Below, in pieces: positions 28,120-38,729 of a stretch of 64,000 nt of DNA (position 1 is the stretch's first letter; every line of letters begins with the position of its first letter). The position numbers and the translations under genes are program-made. Origin of the DNA: Candidatus Uhrbacteria bacterium (GTDB lineage Bacteria > Patescibacteriota > Patescibacteriia > JACQRZ01); contig JACPHV010000021.1 in NCBI GenBank assembly GCA_016188385.1, positions 2,649 through 66,648 on the forward strand. Direction: 5' to 3'. A model generated the notes under the pieces. The model saw nothing but the letters and a program-made list of their open reading frames with translations, was not told where the DNA came from and did not search any database.

Positions 28120-28638
28120 TCATCGCAAGCGATAACGCAGGATCGCCAGTATCATGATGAGTAAAAACGCGGAAAGAGCCATGAGCGGTATGGTAATATA
28201 GCCATAATTCATTACGAAACGCTGTGAACATGCCGCTGAATATCCGATCGCGCCGCATTCTACGCCTCTCACCACGCCGACTTGAAGGAGATAGTGGTAT
28301 CCTGCTATGAGAGCTCCGATACCGGAGAGGATACCGCACGCGCGAGCGATTGCTTCGGTACGCCAGGCGATCGCGAGCGCCATGAGAAAGACTTGCGGAT
28401 ACATAAAAATCCTCTGATACCAACAGAGCTTGCACGGCTCGTATCCTGCAATCTCGGAATAAAAGAGACTGCCGAGCATAGCGATAATCGCGACTAGTAT
28501 CATGCCCTTCATCGCGTGCCGCCCGGCAAATGATATGACTGCTTTATGACGCGCGAGTATCGAAACAGCAAGGAGTATAAAAAATATCTGCGCTAAAATC
28601 GTAAGCAGTGAAAGAATATGTGTAACGAATTCCGTCAT
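28120..28638 (-). CDS. Disulfide bond formation protein B-like membrane oxidoreductase (DsbB/BdbC family)
   Basis: A polytopic membrane protein with an EPCKLCWYQR cysteine pair and a second Cys pair later in the sequence. Confidence 0.6.
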   Translation of the reverse strand: MTEFVTHILSLLTILAQIFFILLAVSILARHKAVISFAGRHAMKGMILVAIIAMLGSLFYSEIAGYEPCKLCWYQRIFMYPQVFLMALAIAWRTEAIARACGILSGIGALIAGYHYLLQVGVVRGVECGAIGYSAACSQRFVMNYGYITIPLMALSAFLLIMILAILRYRLR

Positions 28639-28651
28639 ACTTCTCGTATCT

Positions 28652-29029
28652 TCAAGGAAGCGCGCACCCTGTCTTTTCCGCCAATGTGTCGAGCGCTACT
28701 TCTCCGCTCAACCGGGAACCATCAGCGAATTCCCAAGTCGGGTATCCTTCAATTTTTTTATCAATGCACACAGGGAGCTGTGCCCTTCCATCCGCGGTCG
28801 AGCATTCTACATAAGGAAGCTTCTTTTCTGACTTTCCAAACATGTTCTTTTGATTTTGGCAGTGCGGACACCAAAATGCGCCATAAAAAACCGCTCCTTT
28901 CTCTCCCAGACAGGATGCAAACGAGTCGAGTTCACTCGGCTCGTTTTGCGCACGGACAATCAAAAAAATCCCCGCAAACAACGCCACGGCAACGCCTCCC
29001 CACAATGAAATAGTTTTTGCATTTTTCAC
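28652..29029 (-). CDS. Thioredoxin-fold thiol-disulfide oxidoreductase (DsbA-like), membrane-anchored
   Basis: An N-terminal TM helix and a WCPHC active site are present. Confidence 0.6.
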   Translation of the reverse strand: MKNAKTISLWGGVAVALFAGIFLIVRAQNEPSELDSFASCLGEKGAVFYGAFWCPHCQNQKNMFGKSEKKLPYVECSTADGRAQLPVCIDKKIEGYPTWEFADGSRLSGEVALDTLAEKTGCALP

Positions 29030-29100
29030 ATCGTTTGTGTTAATGAAATGAAGTATTCAATTTTTTCAAACCCCCGTCAAGCATATTGATTTGATGTTTC

Positions 29101-31440
29101 TTATGCATAGTACCACGAAGGATAATACGGCGCTTTCCATTGTAATCCATCAAATTGCTCCAAAAACGGCACGTCTTCCATCTGAATCTTTCCCATGTAA
29201 AGTTTTGTCAGCCCTTCCTTTCCGTGATACTCGATATATTGATTGACTTTATGGTAGCCGGAAAAATAAATTCTGTCTTTCATAAAAACGCCCGGACGCG
29301 CCGTATCCTGAAGCCCCCGTTTCACGCGTACGCATGTATGCCATGCTGTCTTTTGCGTAAGTCCGTACGTCGCTATGAGATAATGAAATAATTCCGCAAA
29401 CCCCATCTCCTTACCGTGATGCAGAGCCAGAATCCTCCATGCCGGCCAGTAGAGTTTCTCGTCAAGAGGTATGCCAAGCTTCCTTTGATTATAGATTGCC
29501 AGCCCTTCTTCAGTTTCAAGATACCCCCGTGTGCCATGTTCGAATATCCGATATGGTTGACGTTTACCGTTTTCATTCCGATAGATGTGTGTTTCAATCT
29601 CATGCGCGATTTGGCCCTTAAGGCGATTGCGCGTAATTCGCGCATTTTTATTGATAAATAAAACTCCCGTCTTGCTGACTTGCATATCTGCCATGGCTGT
29701 CTCTTGCACGACAACTTTCCATCCCTCCAGGTGGTGCCTTGAAAAAAAATCTTTCACTTCTGACTCAATGGTCGCTACCGGCACCACATCGCTCGTATCT
29801 TTCTGGGTATATTCCGTTTGCAAAAAACGTTCCGCGAGATTGTATTCATATTCAGTGCTATCGCCGTAGAGATCAATTGATAATTTGGTAAATTCATCCG
29901 TCCCTCTGCCGCGCAGAAGCGCGATCTGCATTTGAATCTCTTTAACCCGCTCCGCATAGAACCGGGCTAATGGATGGTCAAAATCCGTAGGTATCTTTGC
30001 AAGTTCTCTGTCTATCTCGTTTAATTCTTCCGGAATTGTGCGATAGATGAACTGTGGAGATGAAAGCGGCCGTTTGAGAAATACCGCTCGCGACTGCTCA
30101 AGATTTTGCGGTTTAAGGTAAGCAAGTAAATGGATTGAAGAGACTAGCTCCGCGAGTTTACGGTCAACATTTGCAATTATTTTTTCTTCTCGAGTAACGT
30201 GTGCGGCTGACGCATGCGGCTCGACACGAGTAGTATCAATGTAAAATCCACCTAATCCTCGCCTGCCGATAATCATTTGATAGGCATCGCTTTCGAGCTT
30301 CTCTCTCTTAAAGGGCAAGGTCACTTTCTGCCCTTTCAGTTGGATCGAAAGCACCTTTTCATCAGCTGGCAATTGTATTGATTCATCAATAACGGCATGT
30401 TCGGCGTGGGGATCTATCTTTGCCACCAACGTCTCCGGCGTTGCGTGAAAAATACGCACGGTCTCATACAAACCAACTGTCTGCGGGCCGCTCTCCTTGT
30501 CATCCACGCGCAAAGTAGCTCGATGAGAAAATAACATTTTTGCAATCTGAACCCCCTTATCCGGCGTAAGGACAGTGAGGTCGGCTATTTTATCCAAGCG
30601 CGATCGCAAGAGTACTCGGTTGGCGATTTGCACAGCGAGTCCGGCTCGGGCGTTTAGCTCCAATACCTTTACGCCCATGCTCGTAACCGCGACATCGACA
30701 GCGAGGTATCCGATGCCGCTCACTTTCTGGCATAGAGCAGCGGTGTGGAGCACGGTATCCCATTCAGGGATCACAAAGCTATTGATAGGATCGCCGTTTG
30801 GTAATTTTGTGACGAACCGATCATGGCGTACCCCATGCGTCGTCTTTCCGCTTGCAAGATCAACGCCGAGACCGACAGCTCCAAGATGAAGATTCGCTTT
30901 CCCTTCTGACTCTACGGTAGGCAAACGCAGCATCGCGATTACCGGCACATAGTTAAATACGATCACTCGAATATCGGGCAAACCCATATCGCCCAAGCGC
31001 CGAAAATCAGAATGTGCCACCAATAACTCTTCGACGACAACTTCATCCCGCAAACCGGAGATTGCGTACTTTCCGTCAAGGATCGCCGTGAGCGCCTGCT
31101 GTATATCTTTCCATTGCCATCTCCTGCCTTTTGTTCCTAAAAATACCTGATTGTCCCTGCCGGTTATCACGATGATCCCTTCGCCGCCGAATCCATGGTT
31201 AGGCTTTATGACAAAACGCGGCGGCAGAGTGGCGGGATCAAGAAGACGTAATTCTTGGTGCGAACGTATCACGGTATACAGTTTCGCGCATCCTATGCCG
31301 CGCGAGGAAAGAAATTTCTTGGTATAAATTTTATCATCGGCGAATTTTTTACTCGCTGCCGTGTTGAAGCGGGCAATGTAGAGCAGATTACGGGCATTCA
31401 TCCCGAGAATCCCTTTTGCGCGTGAAAGAAATTGGATCAT
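29101..31440 (-). CDS. Fusion protein: RimK-like ATP-grasp ligase domain plus QEGLA-motif / DUF1704 (HExxH) domain
   Basis: The N-terminal ~300 aa are ATP-grasp (VIKPNHGFGGEGI, LELNARAGL). The C-terminal half carries HEIETH and ETEEGLA, the signature of the QEGLA / flavohemoglobin-expression-modulating family. Confidence 0.6.
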   Translation of the reverse strand: MIQFLSRAKGILGMNARNLLYIARFNTAASKKFADDKIYTKKFLSSRGIGCAKLYTVIRSHQELRLLDPATLPPRFVIKPNHGFGGEGIIVITGRDNQVFLGTKGRRWQWKDIQQALTAILDGKYAISGLRDEVVVEELLVAHSDFRRLGDMGLPDIRVIVFNYVPVIAMLRLPTVESEGKANLHLGAVGLGVDLASGKTTHGVRHDRFVTKLPNGDPINSFVIPEWDTVLHTAALCQKVSGIGYLAVDVAVTSMGVKVLELNARAGLAVQIANRVLLRSRLDKIADLTVLTPDKGVQIAKMLFSHRATLRVDDKESGPQTVGLYETVRIFHATPETLVAKIDPHAEHAVIDESIQLPADEKVLSIQLKGQKVTLPFKREKLESDAYQMIIGRRGLGGFYIDTTRVEPHASAAHVTREEKIIANVDRKLAELVSSIHLLAYLKPQNLEQSRAVFLKRPLSSPQFIYRTIPEELNEIDRELAKIPTDFDHPLARFYAERVKEIQMQIALLRGRGTDEFTKLSIDLYGDSTEYEYNLAERFLQTEYTQKDTSDVVPVATIESEVKDFFSRHHLEGWKVVVQETAMADMQVSKTGVLFINKNARITRNRLKGQIAHEIETHIYRNENGKRQPYRIFEHGTRGYLETEEGLAIYNQRKLGIPLDEKLYWPAWRILALHHGKEMGFAELFHYLIATYGLTQKTAWHTCVRVKRGLQDTARPGVFMKDRIYFSGYHKVNQYIEYHGKEGLTKLYMGKIQMEDVPFLEQFDGLQWKAPYYPSWYYA

Positions 31441-31451
31441 GACAATGCAGC

Positions 31452-32996
31452 TTACTCTTCGATTGTGCGATCCTTAAGAATACCGCGGAATCTAATATAT
31501 TCACTCAACCGCAAGCCGGTAAACCGTCCTAACAGCAATAAGCCGATCAGGGGTACGATTACATATTCAGGGGTTGCCGTAAGAATACCCGCAAATGCAT
31601 TCCATGTGACGACATAATACGCACTAATTACAACCGCCAAAGTAGAAAGGATACCGCGCAGGGCGTTGCGTAAACCTTCTTCCTGTTGCGCTGATAGGAA
31701 TTTTTCAGTCACGGTAGACATGACAAGCATGGGAAATACGGCGAGCGAAAGCGCGATCGAACTCTGCGATGCCAATAACACCCAGATCACTCCCAAAAAA
31801 GAAAGAGCGACAGCGGAAAGCACAAGGCCGGTGCGAGGGATATAGAGAAGATCAATCTTGTTGACAATCCAACGGATAAAAAATCCCGTCACAACGATAA
31901 CGAGAAACGTGATGAGGCTAAATTGAATTCCAAGGATGAGAAATGCCGTCGCAATCATAGCTGGCGTATACACTCCGAACGCGGAAACACCAAATACTTC
32001 ACGGGCAAACGCGATGATAAAAACGATAAAAGGAAACGCCAAGAGTAGGTAGATCGTGTTGGTAGGCACGCCTTGGGAAATGAAGCGAGAAATAAGATGA
32101 GAAAGCAGGAAAATCTTTGATTTCTCGCTCCGTTCATCAATGACACGGTATTCGATGGCGCGATTTTGCAAAGTCGTAATAAGGGATACAAGTCGTACGG
32201 AGGTAAACAAGGGGTTTAAGGACTCGCGGCGCGACAATAGAATATAGCTCGGCTGAATCACCTGAAACACCTGCTGCACAATGCTTGCGCTCGTTTTGAT
32301 ACTACCGTCAGTGATGACAGTATAAAACTTTTGCTGAAGACGCTCCTTACGCGCGGGATCTCCAATAGTCCGCCAGTAGCGAGCAAACGCTTTTAAGCCC
32401 AAGAGTGATCCTGTATAAAAAATATATACGTCAGCAGAATCAATAAATTCACTTTTTTCCGCGAGCGCCTTTACGATGGCTTCTTCATTCAAAAATTCCG
32501 TCTCGCCTCTTGCGACGGAGACAGCTTCAAGTAATACGCCGCTTTCCGCCGCTTGATCGGCGATTTCTTGCAATCCCGTTTCTTTATCTTTATCGGTAAC
32601 CAACAATACGCGCTTGTCATATACGAATACCTCTTTGACATGATTTGCCTCCACCTGTCCCTGGCGAATCGTGAGTGTCACGCGATACTTGCCGGTGCGC
32701 GAAAACGTACGCACCACCTCTTTTGAGGTTTTCCGGGAATCAGTATCCGAAAATATCCATCGATACGTGGGCGCAGGGGCCGGCGGAGGGATGATCGTTG
32801 ATTCGGTTGCTTCGAAGAGTGCAGGCTTATTAAGAGGTATTACATAATCTGAAGTAATGACCGGAACGATGATTGTACTTGAGGATGTTTCAATACCATC
32901 ATCTGTATTCGCCTGCAGGGCTGCTTCTTGAGCTGAAACGGGAAAACCGGAAGATAAGAGTGAAACAAATATGACGACAAACAGTAGCTTCTTCAT
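31452..32996 (-). CDS. Signal-peptide protein with a PKD-like domain, a central globular domain and a C-terminal ~7-TM region
   Basis: A signal peptide, a PKD-like segment YRWIFSDTDS...GKYRVTLTI, and at least six hydrophobic helices in the last ~230 aa. Its stop is 12 nt from the ATP-grasp gene start. Confidence 0.5.
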   Translation of the reverse strand: MKKLLFVVIFVSLLSSGFPVSAQEAALQANTDDGIETSSSTIIVPVITSDYVIPLNKPALFEATESTIIPPPAPAPTYRWIFSDTDSRKTSKEVVRTFSRTGKYRVTLTIRQGQVEANHVKEVFVYDKRVLLVTDKDKETGLQEIADQAAESGVLLEAVSVARGETEFLNEEAIVKALAEKSEFIDSADVYIFYTGSLLGLKAFARYWRTIGDPARKERLQQKFYTVITDGSIKTSASIVQQVFQVIQPSYILLSRRESLNPLFTSVRLVSLITTLQNRAIEYRVIDERSEKSKIFLLSHLISRFISQGVPTNTIYLLLAFPFIVFIIAFAREVFGVSAFGVYTPAMIATAFLILGIQFSLITFLVIVVTGFFIRWIVNKIDLLYIPRTGLVLSAVALSFLGVIWVLLASQSSIALSLAVFPMLVMSTVTEKFLSAQQEEGLRNALRGILSTLAVVISAYYVVTWNAFAGILTATPEYVIVPLIGLLLLGRFTGLRLSEYIRFRGILKDRTIEE

Positions 32997-33139
32997 AAAT
33001 TGAGACTTGAAAAATGGAGGTCAGCTTTTATTCCTTCTACATGGGATCAAACCTGTTGAATCGCCGAAAAATATGATATACTTATCGGTGATGGCACTGT
33101 AGCATATATTTTTGGATTTTTCACCAATAATTACTAACT

Positions 33140-34744
33140 GTGCGGCTTATGGGCAAACTTTTCCTTTCATCTACGATTACACTGGGAGTATTGTTCTCCT
33201 TTGTCTTCCTGATCGTAATCCTCGCGCTTCTTGTGTTGGATGCCGTATCGCTCGGCACGGCAGTCTCTCTTACGGTTGCTTTCAATATTCTCATGTGGCT
33301 CGCGGGGCCATGGTTTACTGATTTGATCAACCGCTGGTTTTATAAAGTACGCTTTATGTCAGCCAATGAATTTGCCGCGGCGCATCCCGCAGTAGACGCG
33401 ATTATTGTCGACATAGCAAAAGAATACAAATTCAAGCATCCGAAAATTGGTATTATCCCTGACAACAATCCTACTGCGTTTACCTATGGGTCGGGACGTT
33501 ATAACGCCCGTTTGATTCTGACCGATGGCATTTTTCACTTTTTGAATGATGAGGAGGCGCGCGCGGTCGTCGCGCATGAGATGGGACATATCGTGCACCG
33601 CGACTTTATCGTCATGATGATCGCAAGCACCTTGATACAGATATTGTATGAGATATACGCATGGCTCATCAGAATCAGGTCTAACAGCAAAGACAATAAA
33701 TTTGCGCAGTACGCAAAACTCATAGCCATCGCATCTTATATCCTCTATCTTATCGGCGTCTATTTGCTCTTATACCTTAGCCGCACGCGCGAATATCTTG
33801 CCGATACATTTTCCGCAAAAAGGGTGCAGCCGCATCATCTCGCCGATGCACTCATAAAAATAGCATACGGCATCGTGACGACAGATGATTCTGACGCGTC
33901 GAAACGGCTTTTGCAAAGCACGCGCCATCTCGGCATTTCGGATGTAAAAAATGCGAAATATGTAGGCGCTATTTCGTACATTACTCATTCTGACCAAAGC
34001 ATGGTAGCCGAGGCGTTGCTGTTTGACAAAGTTAACCCCTGGGCGAAGCTGATAGAATTAAACTCTACGCACCCGCTGACCGGGAAGCGCATTAGTCATT
34101 TGCAAACCTTGGCTCAAGAGAAAGGATCGCCGTTTCCGCTTGATGTGGAAGCAGCCCTCGCGCGGCACAGTATTGACCATGGTCGTCTTCGTACTGATTT
34201 TACCGTTGGACTGTTCATCCTCTCATTGCCATGGATCGCCGGCATTACCTCATTGTTTTTCCTTCCACTCGCTGCTGTACCCGCCGCGGTGGGACTCGCG
34301 CTGCTTGTGCAAATTTGGTATAAATTCCCTACGGCTAAACCCGAGGAAACAACGATCCTTGACGAGATGCGCAATCCCTACGCCTCGCCGCTGCGCGGCA
34401 AACCGATTGCGTTGGACGGTTTAGTCATCGGCCGCGGGATGCCGGGATATGTGTTTGGCGAGGATATGATGTATCAGGACAAAACAGGGCTTATCTTTCT
34501 TGATTTCACTCACGTATTCGGATTCCTTGGAAACATCTTCTTCGCGCTCAAAAAAGTAAAGGGGCTCATGAATGTACCGTCGCGCGCGTATGGATGGTTT
34601 TATAGAGGCATGGGTTCGCATGTATCGCTTAAATCACTGGCGACACAAACAGAATCAATAAAAAGCCATCCTGTGCTATGGTCGCTCGCTCTACCGATTA
34701 TTCTCATCGGATTATCCCTCTTCTTGTTTATAAGTGCAGCATGA
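33140..34744 (+). CDS. M48-family (HtpX-like) zinc metalloprotease, membrane-bound
   Basis: HEMGHIVHRD (HExxH) and a downstream REYLAD glutamate motif are present, with N-terminal TM helices. Confidence 0.8.
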   Translation: MRLMGKLFLSSTITLGVLFSFVFLIVILALLVLDAVSLGTAVSLTVAFNILMWLAGPWFTDLINRWFYKVRFMSANEFAAAHPAVDAIIVDIAKEYKFKHPKIGIIPDNNPTAFTYGSGRYNARLILTDGIFHFLNDEEARAVVAHEMGHIVHRDFIVMMIASTLIQILYEIYAWLIRIRSNSKDNKFAQYAKLIAIASYILYLIGVYLLLYLSRTREYLADTFSAKRVQPHHLADALIKIAYGIVTTDDSDASKRLLQSTRHLGISDVKNAKYVGAISYITHSDQSMVAEALLFDKVNPWAKLIELNSTHPLTGKRISHLQTLAQEKGSPFPLDVEAALARHSIDHGRLRTDFTVGLFILSLPWIAGITSLFFLPLAAVPAAVGLALLVQIWYKFPTAKPEETTILDEMRNPYASPLRGKPIALDGLVIGRGMPGYVFGEDMMYQDKTGLIFLDFTHVFGFLGNIFFALKKVKGLMNVPSRAYGWFYRGMGSHVSLKSLATQTESIKSHPVLWSLALPIILIGLSLFLFISAA

Positions 34745-34757
34745 AACCATTAGCCAC

Positions 34758-35654
34758 ATGATTACGCTTTCCAACGGACATTCGTTTGAGCACATGGCGG
34801 CATCCGGAGCGCTTGCTTTCGATGGCAAGGGTTGGCCATGGGAGCAACCGTTACGTTGGGCTGGCTTGCTTGATCCTTCTCTTTTTACGGTTGTGATAAA
34901 AACACTCACGCGGCATCCCCGTAAAGGAAATCTTCGATGGTATAACCCGCTCCGGTGCGTCCGTTTCATGCGGACAGGGGCAGTGAATGCGGTAGGGCTC
35001 ACAAATCCCGGCATTGAATGGTGGTGTGAAAAAATCGGCCCGACCATCAACAAAAATGACATTGCAATGATGGGGTCCATCCTTAGTGATGCCAATACTG
35101 ATGAACTAGCCGAAATGACGGAAATGCTCAACGCCTTCGACCTTGTGGGCCTGGAAGTGAACGCTTCGTGCCCGAATACGCAAGGCGAGATGCTTGGCAA
35201 CGTCGAAACAGTTATCGAGGGGCTCACGAAGGTCAAGGCAAAGACACGCTTTCCACTTGTGGTAAAATTATCCGTGATGCACGATATTGAACACCTCGTT
35301 AAGCGACTCGAAGGGCTTGTCGAGGCGATCTCGATCAATACCGTTCCGTGGGCTAAGATGTTTCCCGATACAAAAAGCCCATTAAGTAAGTTTGGTGGAG
35401 GGGGGGTATCCGGAAAAATCGCGCAACCATATACCTGGGATATGGTACAGAGATTAGTCGCCTTGACTTCGCTTCCTGTTATCGGTCCCGGCGTATGGGA
35501 TTACAACGACATCGCGAGTCTACGCATGCTAGGAGCATCTGCGATTAGTTTTGGTTCCCTCTTTATGCGTTATCCCTGGCGGCCGACACTGTACGCGAGA
35601 AGAGATACGAATGAAATCTTACCGCATGCAAAGGAAAAAACCGGAAATACCTAA
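34758..35654 (+). CDS. pyrD: Dihydroorotate dehydrogenase-family protein (PyrD-like)
   Basis: PRKGNLRWYNPLR...VGLTNPG, EVNASCPNT and a GGGVSG glycine-rich segment match class 1 DHODH. The start was set to the internal Met after the M48 stop. Confidence 0.6.
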   Translation: MITLSNGHSFEHMAASGALAFDGKGWPWEQPLRWAGLLDPSLFTVVIKTLTRHPRKGNLRWYNPLRCVRFMRTGAVNAVGLTNPGIEWWCEKIGPTINKNDIAMMGSILSDANTDELAEMTEMLNAFDLVGLEVNASCPNTQGEMLGNVETVIEGLTKVKAKTRFPLVVKLSVMHDIEHLVKRLEGLVEAISINTVPWAKMFPDTKSPLSKFGGGGVSGKIAQPYTWDMVQRLVALTSLPVIGPGVWDYNDIASLRMLGASAISFGSLFMRYPWRPTLYARRDTNEILPHAKEKTGNT

Positions 35655-35750
35655 CTGTCTCTGGGAGACGGGTACCCGCTGATATTTTACTACAGTTTCA
35701 ATGGATAAGCCGCTTTATACATTGAAAAATTCTATACATAACAATAGCAT

Positions 35751-38063
35751 ATGAAGAGTATTGAATTAAAAATTGCCATTCTTGCATCGGGACTGCTCGT
35801 TGTAATCGGCATCGCGATAGGCGCGTTTTTTATCTTTAGCCGCGGAGAAAAGCCCCAAATAGGGAACGAAGAGCCGCCGACCGCGCGACAAATGACGATG
35901 CAAGAAAAATTAGCCGCGCAGAAAGAGATAAAAAAGTTTGCTACGTATGAACAAATGGCCGTATTTCTTGAGAAAACCGCTCAAGAATCATCTGGCGACA
36001 GCTATTCGTATCGCACGCTTGGAGCTCTGAATGCTCTGGAAGCCTCACCTGCTCCGACTGCACTCGGGCCGCAAGCTGAATTTTTCGCGGGTACATCGGC
36101 AAAAACTGGTGATGGTACCGCGGCAAGTGCGCCGGATTATTCCCGTACCAATATCCAGGTGGCAGGAGTGGATGAAGCCGACATAATCAAAACCGACGGA
36201 AATTACATCTATGCGCTTGTGCGCGACAAACTCCATATCATCAAATCGTTCCCTGCGGCAGAAAACAAAATTGTTGGAAGTATTGATTTCACATCGAGGC
36301 CGCAAGAGTTATTCATCAACGGAGACCGGCTGGCGGTGTTCGGCGTTGACAGCGAATTCCAAAATACAGAATTGTACCGATCATTCCCTCGGCGATCTGA
36401 TTATACCTACCTTTCAATCTACGACATTACGGATCGTGTCGCTCCGAAAGAGCTGCGAACGCTTCGATACGAAGGAAATTATTTTTCATCACGTATGATC
36501 GGATCATACGTGTATCTCGTCACGCATACGTATCAGTATGGCTATACGAGCGATGATCCAATGCCGTTGCCTCGCGTTATCGAAAACAATGCGGCACTTC
36601 CAAACACTTGTACGGAGGGCTCTGCCTGTTTTGCGCCTGATGCGTATTACTTTGACATCCCCTATGAGTCGTACACCCTTGCAACACTTTCGTCGGTAAA
36701 CATTGCTGATACAGAGTCATCAGTTGAGGGCGATGTGTATGTGCTGCCTGACGCGAAAAATATGTATGTCTCGTCAGGGGCTGCCTATATCACCTATACA
36801 AAACGGCTTGACGAATACGAACTCATGATGGAGGTCGCCCGTGAGCTCATGGATCCACGACTTACCGAAAAAGAACGCCAACAAATCGCCGCAATCGAGA
36901 CGGCAGAAGACTTCATTCTTAGTCGGATAGAAAAGATGGAAAAAATCGGAAGGGTATTCGAACGAGCAGTCGTAAAGCTTTCTGAAGAGGAGCAAAAAAA
37001 CCTTGCGCGGCAAGGAGAGGATGCCCTCAAACAAAAATATGCCGCGCTCCGCGATGAGCTGGAAAAAACCGTAATCCATAAGATTGCAATACACGAAAAT
37101 CGAATCGAATACGGCGCGACAGGGGAAGTAAAAGGTTCTGTCTTAAATCAATTTTCCATGGATGAAAACGGTGAACATTTCCGCATAGCGACGACCAAAG
37201 GACGCGAATGGCCGCTCTTCAGTGATGAAGGGGAACAAGAGTCCTATAGCAATCTTTACGTCTTGGATGCCGCGATGAACGTTATAGGATCGCTTGAACA
37301 TCTCGCGCAGGGAGAACGTATCTATTCCGCTCGGTTTATGCAGAACCGCGCGTATCTCGTCACGTTTCAGCAGACTGACCCGCTTTTTGTGATCGATCTT
37401 ACTGAACCAACAGCGCCGAGAGTTCTTGGTGAATTGAAAATTCCGGGATTCTCTGATTACCTGCATCCCTACGATGATGCGACGCTCATCGGTCTGGGGA
37501 AAGATACCGAGGCGACCGAATTTGGAGGCGTAAGACAGAAAGGATTGAAACTCTCCTTGTTTGACGTTTCGAATGTCTCAGAACCCAGCGAGATTGATAC
37601 GCTCATTATTGGCGAGAGTGGAAGCGATTCGATCGCTACTCATGACCATAAGGCATTTCTGTTTTCCCGAGAAAAGAATTTGTTGGTAATCCCTGCTTCA
37701 CTCATGGAAACCAAAGATCGAGGCTGGCCTGAATTCTCTTTCGGGGGCGCGCTTGTGTTTTACATCGACAAAAACGGATTCAAGTTGCGGGGAAAGATCG
37801 ACCATTCGGATGAGGGCGCGGGGTCAGAGCGAGATTGGTGGAGCGGATATGGATACTTTGACAACACCGTAAGACGAAGTCTCTATATTGATAACGCTTT
37901 GTACACATTTTCCAATAGCTATCTAAAAACACACTCGCTCGATGATCTTCACGAGATTTCTTCCATACCATTTGAAAGAAACAAAATACAAAGCGAGCTC
38001 CCAGAGCCGATTTCGCCTATCGAACCGCCGCGGATTCGCACTCGTGAAGAGATTCAATGGTAA
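35751..38063 (+). CDS. Secreted beta-propeller domain protein (PF09826-like)
   Basis: Signal/TM anchor, then YSRTNIQVAGVDEADIIKTDGNYIYAL, typical of the archaeal/CPR beta-propeller family. Confidence 0.5.
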   Translation: MKSIELKIAILASGLLVVIGIAIGAFFIFSRGEKPQIGNEEPPTARQMTMQEKLAAQKEIKKFATYEQMAVFLEKTAQESSGDSYSYRTLGALNALEASPAPTALGPQAEFFAGTSAKTGDGTAASAPDYSRTNIQVAGVDEADIIKTDGNYIYALVRDKLHIIKSFPAAENKIVGSIDFTSRPQELFINGDRLAVFGVDSEFQNTELYRSFPRRSDYTYLSIYDITDRVAPKELRTLRYEGNYFSSRMIGSYVYLVTHTYQYGYTSDDPMPLPRVIENNAALPNTCTEGSACFAPDAYYFDIPYESYTLATLSSVNIADTESSVEGDVYVLPDAKNMYVSSGAAYITYTKRLDEYELMMEVARELMDPRLTEKERQQIAAIETAEDFILSRIEKMEKIGRVFERAVVKLSEEEQKNLARQGEDALKQKYAALRDELEKTVIHKIAIHENRIEYGATGEVKGSVLNQFSMDENGEHFRIATTKGREWPLFSDEGEQESYSNLYVLDAAMNVIGSLEHLAQGERIYSARFMQNRAYLVTFQQTDPLFVIDLTEPTAPRVLGELKIPGFSDYLHPYDDATLIGLGKDTEATEFGGVRQKGLKLSLFDVSNVSEPSEIDTLIIGESGSDSIATHDHKAFLFSREKNLLVIPASLMETKDRGWPEFSFGGALVFYIDKNGFKLRGKIDHSDEGAGSERDWWSGYGYFDNTVRRSLYIDNALYTFSNSYLKTHSLDDLHEISSIPFERNKIQSELPEPISPIEPPRIRTREEIQW

Positions 38064-38079
38064 CGTAACGCCAACCAAC

Positions 38080-38715
38080 ATGACAACCGAAGAAATCAAA
38101 GCGACACTGGAAAGCGTCAAAGCGCTTATCACCGACAGCCATATTGTCTACACATCCGGCATGCATGGAAGCGCGTATATCAATAAAGACGCTCTCTATC
38201 CGCATACGGAAAAAATCTCCGCGCTATGCGCGGAGATCGCACACCGTTTCGCCAAAGAAGCTCCTGATGCGGTAATCGCGCCTGCTCTCGGCGGCATCAT
38301 ACTCTCGCAGTGGACAGCACACCATCTCACGTACATGCTCGAACGGCAAGTCTACGGAGTATACGCGGAGAAAGTTGAAGACGGCGGTTTTGTAATCAAA
38401 CGCGGCTACGACAAACTGATACAAGGGAAAAAAGTTCTTGTTGTGGAAGATGTCGTCACAACCGGCGGCTCGGTAAAAAAAGTGATTGAGCAAATCCGTA
38501 AAATCGGAGCCGACGTTATCGGCGTTTGTGTTCTCGCTAATCGCGGCGCTGTGACAGCGGACGACATCGGCGGCGTGCCGCGTCTCGATGCATTGCTTGA
38601 AGTGACGCTCGACGCGTGGAATGAAGCCGACTGCCTGTTATGCAAACAGGGCATACCAATCAACATCGAGGTAGGAAAAGGAAGGGAATACCTTGTGAGA
38701 AAAAATATCTCGTAG
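38080..38715 (+). CDS. pyrE: Orotate phosphoribosyltransferase
   Basis: The PRPP-binding loop VLVVEDVVTTGGS is present. The start was set to MTTEEIKATLE after the upstream gene's stop. Confidence 0.75.
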   Translation: MTTEEIKATLESVKALITDSHIVYTSGMHGSAYINKDALYPHTEKISALCAEIAHRFAKEAPDAVIAPALGGIILSQWTAHHLTYMLERQVYGVYAEKVEDGGFVIKRGYDKLIQGKKVLVVEDVVTTGGSVKKVIEQIRKIGADVIGVCVLANRGAVTADDIGGVPRLDALLEVTLDAWNEADCLLCKQGIPINIEVGKGREYLVRKNIS

Positions 38716-38729
38716 CAATACCTACAGGA

